Below are positions 47,601 to 55,946 of a stretch of 55,946 bases of DNA, piece after piece. The notes under the pieces were generated by a model. That model did not search any database. It was not told where the DNA came from and was given only the letters and a program-made list of their open reading frames with translations. Every line of letters begins with the position of its first letter. Positions within the stretch are counted from its first letter, which is position 1. Location of the stretch: positions 1 to 55,946 of the forward strand of contig JAEOTZ010000045.1 of assembly GCA_016839585.1 (NCBI GenBank), given 5' to 3'. A program made the position numbers and the translations under genes. This DNA comes from Promethearchaeota archaeon. Lineage in GTDB: Archaea > Asgardarchaeota > Lokiarchaeia > Sigyniarchaeales > SOKP01.

Positions 47601-47823
47601 TTTTCCATTAGTTTAATATAAGTAAAAGAGGATTCCTTATAAAAAATAACATTATTAATATTATTGTATTTTTTGTCTATACTAGGGGAAACTGATACTA
47701 CAATCAAAATTCAATAAAAATACAAATTTTATTAGGGGATCTTAATTTAATTGATCATTGCATTTTCTGGATTTGGTATTTTTCAAAACCACAAATCTAT
47801 ATTTTGTAATATTTAACTTTTAG

Positions 47824-49143
47824 ATGGATGATTTGCTTATGTTCACAAAATTTAAACGTATATATAACGAATTTCCCGATACATTTAGAGTGCTGACTCT
47901 CGCCACTTTTATTGACCGCTTAGGATCCTTTATATTATTTCCATTTTTTATCTTGTATATAACCGCACATTTTGGGGTGGGGATGACCGAAGTTGGAATT
48001 CTATTTGCGATCTTCGCGGGAGGAAGTATACTCGGTAGTGCGATTGGAGGAGCATTATCCGATAAATATGGTCGTCGTTTATTGGTCATATTTGGTTTGG
48101 TTGTAAGCGGGACAGGAAGTATTTTAATGGGAATAGTCAATGATCTGTATATTTTTTACATACTCGCTGGATTGTTCGGATTTTTTGGCGATTTTGGGGG
48201 TCCTGCACGACAAGCAATGGTAGTGGATTTACTTCCAGCAGAGAAACAAGCAGAGGGATTTGGGATTCTACGGGTGGCAGTTAATCTTTCAGCAGTGATC
48301 GGCCCTATTCTTGGCGGATTTATAGCAACCCAATCCTATATGATGTTATTTATTGGAGATGCTGTGAGCAGTGTAATTACCGCATTTATTGTTTATGGCG
48401 TTATTCCTGAGACAAAACCTCAAAAACTTGATGACAAACCAGAAGAAACAGTAGCGAAAACTTTCATAGGATATAAAGAAGTGTTAAAAGATTGGGTATT
48501 TGTGTTATTTCTCAGTGTTTCTGCCATAACAGTATTAGTATATATGCAAATGAATAGCACACTATCAGTATTCTTACGGGACGTTCATGGGTTCCCAGAG
48601 CTGGGTTTTGGTTTGTTGTTAAGTATGAATGCGGCTATGGTGGTGCTATTTCAATTCTGGATAACAAGGAAGATTTCAAAGTATGCTCCCATGAAGATGA
48701 TAACCCTTGGAACGTTGTTATATATGATTGGCTTTGGTATGTATGGTTTTGTCTCTACAGTATACATGTTTTTCATTGCTATGGCAATTCTCACGGTGGG
48801 AGAGATGATTGCAATGCCTATTGGTCAAAGAGCAGCTGCATCATTTGCATCTGAAGACAAACGAGGACGGTATATGGCAGTGTACGGCTTCCATTGGGCG
48901 ATTCCAACTCTTTTTGGGGTTTATGCCGCTGGATTAATTATGGATAATATTAGCCCATACTTGGTGTGGTATTTGGCGGGGATTTTGTGTCTGTTTTCAG
49001 CAGTAGGATTTTGGCTACTCCATGGTCCCACCAAAAAGCGCTTTTCAGAAGTAAGGGAAGCTTCAGAAGTAATAGAAGCTCCAAAAATAATGGAAGCTCC
49101 AAGAGTAATAGAACCCATAAAAGAAGATTTACATGAACCATGA
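47824..49143 (+). CDS. MFS transporter (MdtH-like)
   Basis: GGALSDKYGRR, GPILGG, RGRYMAVY; about 12 TM. Confidence 0.9.
   Translation: MDDLLMFTKFKRIYNEFPDTFRVLTLATFIDRLGSFILFPFFILYITAHFGVGMTEVGILFAIFAGGSILGSAIGGALSDKYGRRLLVIFGLVVSGTGSILMGIVNDLYIFYILAGLFGFFGDFGGPARQAMVVDLLPAEKQAEGFGILRVAVNLSAVIGPILGGFIATQSYMMLFIGDAVSSVITAFIVYGVIPETKPQKLDDKPEETVAKTFIGYKEVLKDWVFVLFLSVSAITVLVYMQMNSTLSVFLRDVHGFPELGFGLLLSMNAAMVVLFQFWITRKISKYAPMKMITLGTLLYMIGFGMYGFVSTVYMFFIAMAILTVGEMIAMPIGQRAAASFASEDKRGRYMAVYGFHWAIPTLFGVYAAGLIMDNISPYLVWYLAGILCLFSAVGFWLLHGPTKKRFSEVREASEVIEAPKIMEAPRVIEPIKEDLHEP
49057..49116 (+). repeat. 18-bp in-frame tandem repeat (~3.3 copies) in the MFS C-terminal tail
   Basis: gaagcttcagaagtaata / gaagctccaaaaataatg / gaagctccaagagtaata / gaaccc. 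Confidence 0.75.
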
Positions 49144-49293
49144 TATTATTAGTGACTACAGATTTCTTTGCTAGTTTAAGTTTTATTGCAAATATTCCAA
49201 AATATATAAAGTTTAAATTTAAATTATGGAGATATTAGTAAAAGATTTTTACTTATAAAAGATAACTAGTTATAATACTGAAGATTGGATTAA

Positions 49294-51027
49294 ATGGGTA
49301 TTATGTTAAGCTTTATTGATAACAATTTGGTACAGGATATCTTTAATTCTAATGAATTTAAAGGATGGCTTCTTTCAAAAAGATGGTTTGGTGATAAATC
49401 TGCATTATCTAATCTAGAGTTCAAGATCAACCTAAATTATTTTGAAATTCTTTCTGAAAGGATACTACTAACTGTAATAGATATTCATAAACCGGAATAT
49501 AAAAAATCATATTTCTTGCCTTTAATTTATTATGAAAAGATTCAAGAAATTCTTGAACCAAATGAAAAAAGTAATAAAAAAAAAATACTGACTCTTACAG
49601 TTAATACATTTAGTAAGAAACTAGTATTAAATATTGAAGGAGAACAAAAAATATTCACAGTAAATTTAGTAGAAGGTGAATATTGTCTTTTCTTCTGGAA
49701 AAAAATATTATTTGATAAAGATGTCTCTGAAAGCTTTCCATCTCGTTCTTTGGATCTTACACTTTATACTGAACAATTTCAAGATGAGTCTAACATGAAA
49801 AAGGTTCAAAATTTAATTGAAACTAGTTTATATCCTGATCGATATTCACTCTCACTAACACAATTAGGAGGGGGAAATACCACAAATACTTTATTCTTAT
49901 TATCAATTTTGAATAACAGAATGCCTGATCAAAAACCAATTACTTATGTGTTAAAATCATATAAGGAATATTTGGAAAGTTTAGAACCAGCTACTTTATT
50001 TGTTTTAGTTCAAAATGAATTTCCAAATGCTCCTAAAATATATGGTACAATTAAATTGAGGGATAAAGAAACAATAGGTATCCTTGAAAACGTCCCAAAT
50101 ATAGGAAATTTAGGAGATATCTATTGGAATGAGCTTAATAACATGATTAATAGGGAGTTTAAAAATTTCAATCAAGATTTCTCTCAATTAGCCGAAAAAT
50201 CTAACATTTCTCAAATAATGAAGGAATATTGTTATGAAACATTAAAAGTCTCTGATGAAATTGGAAACTATATTAAAAGATTACATGAATCGTTAATTTA
50301 CCAAGAAAGAAAAGAATATAGCTTAGAATCTGTAGAAAGTAATAAGTATCTAGCATTTTATACTGAAAAACTTAACTCAATGATTTCAGAATTACAAAAT
50401 ATAATGAACCTTCAAACTGAAAGTTCCTTTTTTAACTTACCTAAAATTAGCTCGATATTAATTGATATTAAAGATATTATAGAGACTCTTAAAACTGATT
50501 TTAAAGAAACTAAAATTCAAATTCAACCTGTGCATCAAGATTTACATATGGAACAAATTTTATACAATAAAATTGATGATCATTACCAGTTTTACTTTAT
50601 AGACTTTGAAGGCGATCCACAATTAACTTTCACAGAAAAAAAAGGTAAATTCCCGATTGAAAAAGATTTAGCATCCTTTTTAAGGGCTTTGAGTTATATA
50701 AAATTTAATACTTTTCTCAAAATCATTGAGAAAAAAGTGATTAAGAAGGATAAATATGAAGTTCCTGAAGAGATACTTTATAACATAATTTTTAGAAGAG
50801 CTGCTAGACCTATCAATAAAACACTTGATGTAATTCTCAACGTTTTAAACATCTGGGAGATAAAATTAATAGGAAAAATTTTAAAAAATCTAAATGCCCA
50901 TTATACTCTTATTACCTACTTTTACATCGAAAGAGCATTATATGAATTAAACTATGAAATGTTATTTAGACCAAGTAAAATAATTGTGCCAATTTTAGGA
51001 CTAAAAGAAATAATTGATAAAAGTTAA
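49294..51027 (+). CDS. Maltokinase (Mak/Pep2)-like kinase
   Basis: N-cap WLLSKRWFGDK, YFLPL, TTNT, HQDLHMEQIL, IDFEGDP, KDLASFLRAL, RALYELNYE. Confidence 0.8.
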   Translation: MGIMLSFIDNNLVQDIFNSNEFKGWLLSKRWFGDKSALSNLEFKINLNYFEILSERILLTVIDIHKPEYKKSYFLPLIYYEKIQEILEPNEKSNKKKILTLTVNTFSKKLVLNIEGEQKIFTVNLVEGEYCLFFWKKILFDKDVSESFPSRSLDLTLYTEQFQDESNMKKVQNLIETSLYPDRYSLSLTQLGGGNTTNTLFLLSILNNRMPDQKPITYVLKSYKEYLESLEPATLFVLVQNEFPNAPKIYGTIKLRDKETIGILENVPNIGNLGDIYWNELNNMINREFKNFNQDFSQLAEKSNISQIMKEYCYETLKVSDEIGNYIKRLHESLIYQERKEYSLESVESNKYLAFYTEKLNSMISELQNIMNLQTESSFFNLPKISSILIDIKDIIETLKTDFKETKIQIQPVHQDLHMEQILYNKIDDHYQFYFIDFEGDPQLTFTEKKGKFPIEKDLASFLRALSYIKFNTFLKIIEKKVIKKDKYEVPEEILYNIIFRRAARPINKTLDVILNVLNIWEIKLIGKILKNLNAHYTLITYFYIERALYELNYEMLFRPSKIIVPILGLKEIIDKS

Positions 51028-51030
51028 AAT

Positions 51031-51636
51031 TTATTCTTCTTCCATTTCTGGTATTTTAGCAAATTCATAAGAATAATGAGAGGATGATCGATCAACAGGA
51101 CCAATCTCTTTTTTGTATTGTGCCCTTAAACTTTTACTAGATTTCATTTCTTCTTCTGTAAAATCATAAGTATATTTAGGGTCATAGTTGATTAATTTAA
51201 AGATAAATATTTCAACAAATTTCTTTGGTCCAAGTTTCTTTGAAATTAAAATATAATTCTCCTTATCAACGAATTTAGGAAAAAGTCCTAAGTGTTCACA
51301 TAAATCTAATTTATATTCAATATTATCTATTTGACCTTCTAATCTTGCTATATCATTAATAAATCGAGCTAATTTATTCCCTAATTCCATCTGCTTTGCT
51401 TCATTTAATGGTTCAACGAGTTTCCTAAAAGTACTCCTTTTTAGAATAATAAAATCTCGATTATTCAGCGATTTAATAGCATTATTTTGTATAACTAAAT
51501 ATTTTGACATGTTAAGATATTTTCGAATAAAATCCGCTTTTGACATACCTAGCTTAGAACGCATTTTCTCAATATTTTGGTCTAACTCTTCATCAACTCT
51601 GACGGTTATAACATTGGTTGAATTTTTATCTGACAT
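51031..51636 (-). CDS. Ribbon-helix-helix (CopG-like) protein with uncharacterised C-terminal domain
   Basis: VITVRVDEEL...GMSKADFIR. Confidence 0.75.
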   Translation of the reverse strand: MSDKNSTNVITVRVDEELDQNIEKMRSKLGMSKADFIRKYLNMSKYLVIQNNAIKSLNNRDFIILKRSTFRKLVEPLNEAKQMELGNKLARFINDIARLEGQIDNIEYKLDLCEHLGLFPKFVDKENYILISKKLGPKKFVEIFIFKLINYDPKYTYDFTEEEMKSSKSLRAQYKKEIGPVDRSSSHYSYEFAKIPEMEEE

Positions 51637-52295
51637 TGTAGAATTTTCCTAATTAGTAAATATTGTATTTATTTTATGTCATTTGAAATTAAAGTAATAA
51701 TAGTATATAAACGATTGTTTTTTACAAAAATTACTAAAAATAATCTAAGATTGTATAGTCAAATAAAAGCTAATTGATAATTTCTTTAATTAAATCATTT
51801 AAAATGAAGATTTCTATAACTTTTATTAGGAAAAGGCTTACTTTTACCTACTTTTCATTATAATATCTGAGTAAAGTAATTATCATATCATATAATTATT
51901 AATAAATTAGAGTTTAACTATATCCAGCTAGTATTTCTCCTTTATAGAAGATTAACTTAATCTTTTTAATATTTATCTATACCGATATTAAAATAAAAAA
52001 TTTATAAAAATCCATTTTGGATCTCAAAAGTATTGAAAATTCGCTATAGTGGGATATTAATAGTGTTTTTTAATAAATTTTTATGGTTTTTTTATTATTT
52101 TTTAAATTTTCCAATAATGGAAATCGGGGTAATTATTATAACCAATTCTTCCAAAATTTGGAAAATTAATGCAAATATAACCAAAAAGATTCATATTTGT
52201 AAATAAGCAAGTTTCTGAATATTTTTATTTTGTCAAACGTCTATTTATTTAATCCAAAAAACATAAAACAAAAAAGAGAATTTATCATTTTTTAA

Positions 52296-52345
52296 TATCA
52301 TTTGTAATCATTGTAGTAATATTTAATCTTAGATTACAAATGATA
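52296..52345. promoter_or_regulatory. Perfect 14-bp inverted repeat with 22-bp spacer upstream of an ArsR gene
   Basis: TATCATTTGTAATC (52296-52309) / GATTACAAATGATA (52332-52345). Confidence 0.6.
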
Positions 52346-52430
52346 CACGAGGTAAATATAAATACCCTCTACAATATTGGTTTCATGTAAATTAACCATA
52401 AAAATTTTATTAAGGGTTGATTAAAAAGTA

Positions 52431-52754
52431 ATGGAAATTACCGAAACAGGTATTTTGGAAGTAAATCTAAAAAATAAAACAGATTCTATAACAATCGAAT
52501 CTGATGAATTAATCGAAAAAATAGTAAAAGCCTTATCTTCTCGTACAAGACGCCAAATTTTAAATCATATTCAAATTGAACCAATGGATGTTTCGAATAT
52601 AGCTTCTAATTTAGACATGACAGAAGCAAATATTTCAGCCCAGATAAAGAAACTTGAGGAGGCTGGGCTTATTAAATGTGATTATGCGTCTGGCGAGCAT
52701 GGGGTTAGAAAGATTAGTAGTTTAAAATATGATAGGGTTTTAATAAAATTTTAA
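52431..52754 (+). CDS. ArsR family transcriptional regulator
   Basis: KALSSRTRRQIL...NISAQIKKLEEAGLI. Confidence 0.88.
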   Translation: MEITETGILEVNLKNKTDSITIESDELIEKIVKALSSRTRRQILNHIQIEPMDVSNIASNLDMTEANISAQIKKLEEAGLIKCDYASGEHGVRKISSLKYDRVLIKF

Positions 52755-52908
52755 TTCATCAGAATTATTATTTGTCTCTTTTTCTAGAGAAGGGTTTAAT
52801 TTCAATTGAAATCGATAAGTTTCATAATCAAATTATGTTTTAATTACTTAATTTAAATTATTTTATTAATTATATTTATTTACTTCTTATACTAAAGCAA
52901 AAATTCAA

Positions 52909-53853
52909 ATGAAAGAAAGAATTTCTCTAAAAATTCCCGGTCGAATATGTATCCTTGGCGATAAAGTTGATTTGTTAGGTAAACCAGTCATAGCCATGGC
53001 AATTAATTTAATGATGAAGATAAATTTTGTAGCAAAGAAAAATAATAGAGTAACCTTTTATAGCCATAATACCAAAGAAAAGATAGATTTTAATTTAGGT
53101 GAATCTCCTCCTAAAAATATTGATTTAGGTTATTGGAGTGTTTTATATGAGCGTTTAAAAGTGAAGATCGATCGAGGTTTTTATATAGAAGTGGATTCTG
53201 ATATTCCAATCGGATGTGGATTATCGACTTCCGCAGCATTATCTGTTGGATTTCTGAGAACGTTAAATGAAGCATATGACTTAACTTTATCAAATTCAGA
53301 TATCGCAGAAATTGCATATTTAGGTGAGAATTATGATTTAGGCATCCAATGTGGAAGAATGGATCAATATAGTATAGCTTATGGAGGGGTAACCTTTATT
53401 CATACCGATGAAAATCCGAGGGTTGAAATATTAGATATTAATGAATTACCAGTAGTTGTAGGTGATTCAATGGAAGAAAGAAAAGCAGTGTCTGTATTAA
53501 ACAGAGTTAAAAGACAAATTAGAGAAAAAGAAGAAAAGACTTTAGATGCATTTAAAGTCATTGAAGAAGGCGTTTATCAGGGGAGAGAGGCTTTAATTAA
53601 AAGAGATTTTAAAAGGTTGGGAGGACTAATGAATAAACAACAGGAACAAGAGATTATTTTAAAAGCTGAGACTGAAAAAATTCATACCTTATGCGAAGTA
53701 TCTAAAAATGCTGGGGCTTTAGGAGCTAAACAAATGGGTGCTGGAGGGGGCGGATGTATGTTAGCAATATGCCCTGGGAAACAACAGGAAGTCGCTAAGG
53801 CTATTGAGGATGCTGGTGGAAGATCATGGATTTTTGATATTTTCAATTATTAA
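52909..53853 (+). CDS. GHMP kinase, galactokinase-like sugar kinase
   Basis: PGRICILGD, PIGCGLSTSAA, CGRMDQ, GAGGGG. Confidence 0.85.
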   Translation: MKERISLKIPGRICILGDKVDLLGKPVIAMAINLMMKINFVAKKNNRVTFYSHNTKEKIDFNLGESPPKNIDLGYWSVLYERLKVKIDRGFYIEVDSDIPIGCGLSTSAALSVGFLRTLNEAYDLTLSNSDIAEIAYLGENYDLGIQCGRMDQYSIAYGGVTFIHTDENPRVEILDINELPVVVGDSMEERKAVSVLNRVKRQIREKEEKTLDAFKVIEEGVYQGREALIKRDFKRLGGLMNKQQEQEIILKAETEKIHTLCEVSKNAGALGAKQMGAGGGGCMLAICPGKQQEVAKAIEDAGGRSWIFDIFNY

Positions 53854-53899
53854 GTATTAGCATATCTAAAGTAATAAGATAAAATGGAGTAAAATCTAA

Positions 53900-54637
53900 T
53901 TGAAGGCTATTATATTATGTGCGGGATATGGAATTCGTATGAAACCCTATACTGAAACATACCAGAAAACTATGATTCCTATTCATGGCAAACCTTTATT
54001 AGAATATATAATAAAGGGCATTAAGTTAACCGGTTTTAAAGATTTCATATTAGTAGTAGGATATAATAAAGAACAGATTATCGATTACTTTCAAGAAGGG
54101 AAAAAATGGGATATTAATATTGAATATATAGAACAACATGATATAAATGGAACAGGAGGAGCACTATTATTATGTGAAAATTCAATCACAGATCAGCATT
54201 TCTTTCTAACTTGGGGAGATACTTTAGTGGGTTATGATGTTTATAGAGAAGTTTATAAGGTGTTTACAGTGGAACATCCTGATTTTATTTTAGTTACCAA
54301 TTATGTGGATGATCCTTATAAAGGAGCTGCGGTTTATTGTGAAGGAAATTATTGTTCAAATATTGTTGAGAAACCAACAAAAGGAAAATCAACTACAAAT
54401 TTAAATAACGCAGGCATATTTATTTTATCCAGAGATATATTTGAAATATTAAAGATGCAAACTCCATCAAAACGAGGTGAAATAGAAGTACCTGATGCTA
54501 TACATTATGGGATAATAGAAAAGAATTGGAAATTTCGTGTTGTTAAAATAGAAAAAGATCAGTTCTATGGAGATTTTGGGGATGTTAAAAAATACGAGAA
54601 ACTTGTGAAGAATACTGACTGGCTTAATCTATTATGA
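53900..54637 (+). CDS. Sugar-phosphate nucleotidyltransferase
   Basis: AIILCAGYGIRMKP, GTGGAL, WGD, VEKP, RGEIE. Confidence 0.9.
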   Translation: MKAIILCAGYGIRMKPYTETYQKTMIPIHGKPLLEYIIKGIKLTGFKDFILVVGYNKEQIIDYFQEGKKWDINIEYIEQHDINGTGGALLLCENSITDQHFFLTWGDTLVGYDVYREVYKVFTVEHPDFILVTNYVDDPYKGAAVYCEGNYCSNIVEKPTKGKSTTNLNNAGIFILSRDIFEILKMQTPSKRGEIEVPDAIHYGIIEKNWKFRVVKIEKDQFYGDFGDVKKYEKLVKNTDWLNLL

Positions 54638-54641
54638 TAAT

Positions 54642-55946
54642 TTAATTTATTGTCAGAACTAAAACCCAATTTATTGCTCCACCAATTAATAATGCAAAAC
54701 CTATTTCAAGAGCAGATATCTGAAAAGCATATTTCCAATTAGTTTCTCTGGCTATTAATACTATTGTCGCAAAACAAGGGATATAAAGCATAGTAACTAA
54801 ACTAAATACAACCATTTGAGTTGGTGTTAATAATTCTAAGAGACTTAATCCCATAGAATTTGCTAAAACTGCTAGGAGTACTAGGGTTAATTCTTTCCTT
54901 AAAATCCCATAAATCAAAAAAATTCCTGTAATAAATGGTAAACCTAACCAAAATACTGTTATTGGTGATAAAATAAAATTTATAGGATCTAATAAGCGAA
55001 ACATAAATAGTATTTCTAAAATAATGCCAGCTATAATTATAATAGGCAATGCTTTATAGACAAATTCTTTAGTTCTTATCCATGTTTGTTTTAAAATTAC
55101 AGGGTAATTTGGAACTCTATATTCATGCATTTCCATAATTAATTCTGTACATTGACCTGGCATTACCTTATTTAATATTTTTCCAACGATAATTAAAACA
55201 GAAAAATTTATTGAAAATAATATTAAAACCCAAATTAGACCTAGATATCGTCCAACCAAGCCTAAAACTACTGTCATAACCGCTGCACACGGAATTAAGG
55301 AAGTTAAAGCTATTGAGATTTTTTTTTCTCTTTCAGTTTCCATAATTCTACAACCAGCACAAGCAGGGACATTACATCCGAATCCTAAAATCATAGGAAT
55401 GATTGTTTTACCATGAACTCCTAAAAAATGCATAAATCTATCCATAAGAAATGCTGCTCTAGGTAAATAACCGGAATCCTGTAGAATCTCAATTATTAAA
55501 AAGAATGGAATAACATATACCAAAACACCACCAATAGCTCCAAAAAATCCACCAATACCACCATCCCAAAATATTAAAACCCATAAATTTTGATCCCCAT
55601 AAATTTGATGAATTCTGTTGCTCCATACAGTATAACCTTGGTCAATTAATCCCCCAAAAAAATTACCTATAAGAAATGTAAAAAAGAATGTCCCAATAAG
55701 TACTAATAAAAGAATTATATAGCCCCAAAAGGAATGGGTTGTCAAATAATCGAGTTTCTCAGATAAAGGAACTTTTTTTTCAATCCTAGATTTAACTATT
55801 ACCACTTTTTCAATAATAATATGAATGTTATTATAAATTTCAGAAGAAACTATTGTATTGATGTCTTCTCCATGGTAATCCTCTAATTCTTTACGATATT
55901 CATCAGCTAATTCTAATATTTGAGATGTTTTTTCATTAGCTATGAA
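54642..55946 (-). CDS. feoB: Ferrous iron transporter B, C-terminal/membrane part (5' end outside window)
   Basis: DSGYLPRAAFLMDR, LGFGCNVPA, LYIPCFAT; frame is open to the window end. Confidence 0.92.
   Translation of the reverse strand, partial: FIANEKTSQILELADEYRKELEDYHGEDINTIVSSEIYNNIHIIIEKVVIVKSRIEKKVPLSEKLDYLTTHSFWGYIILLLVLIGTFFFTFLIGNFFGGLIDQGYTVWSNRIHQIYGDQNLWVLIFWDGGIGGFFGAIGGVLVYVIPFFLIIEILQDSGYLPRAAFLMDRFMHFLGVHGKTIIPMILGFGCNVPACAGCRIMETEREKKISIALTSLIPCAAVMTVVLGLVGRYLGLIWVLILFSINFSVLIIVGKILNKVMPGQCTELIMEMHEYRVPNYPVILKQTWIRTKEFVYKALPIIIIAGIILEILFMFRLLDPINFILSPITVFWLGLPFITGIFLIYGILRKELTLVLLAVLANSMGLSLLELLTPTQMVVFSLVTMLYIPCFATIVLIARETNWKYAFQISALEIGFALLIGGAINWVLVLTIN

Noticed and set aside
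52909-53853. Calling the GHMP kinase mevalonate kinase or galK
   Set aside because: CGRMDQ and the adjacent nucleotidyltransferase favour a sugar kinase, but the galactokinase GEHxDY motif is altered (GDKVDL), so no symbol is assigned
1-55946. CRISPR arrays, tRNA/rRNA genes, IS elements, provirus
   Set aside because: No regularly spaced short repeats, GC-rich structured RNA segments, transposase, integrase or viral hallmark genes seen by eye

Overview
AT-rich, densely coding archaeal DNA, most likely an Asgard archaeon (Lokiarchaeia/Promethearchaeia). This is inferred from several longin-like and roadblock proteins, a Rab-like protein, archaeal TATA boxes and GGTGA-type ribosome-binding sites. 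I saw no rRNA, tRNA, CRISPR array, integrase or transposase. Most genes are accessory metabolism: three MFS transporters, three nitroreductases, a cluster of three ICMT-like and three class I methyltransferases, a sulfatase, GH57 + maltokinase + GHMP kinase + nucleotidyltransferase, pcm, a U32 protein and a partial feoB. The main feature is a family of four ~760-aa receptor-like paralogs (8635-10926 and a tandem array at 32419-39544). Each has a signal/anchor, a sequon-rich ectodomain with a variable central module, one TM helix and a cytoplasmic longin-like domain. The middle array copy is a chimera: its ectodomain matches the downstream neighbour, its TM and tail match the upstream neighbour, and the crossover lies at the membrane boundary. 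The window also encodes a CBS-longin fusion, a soluble longin protein, a roadblock protein and a Rab-like pseudo-GTPase that keeps the RabF motifs but lacks G1/G3/G4. Together these suggest a longin/roadblock/small-GTPase signalling toolkit. Family calls come from reading motifs by eye, not from database searches.
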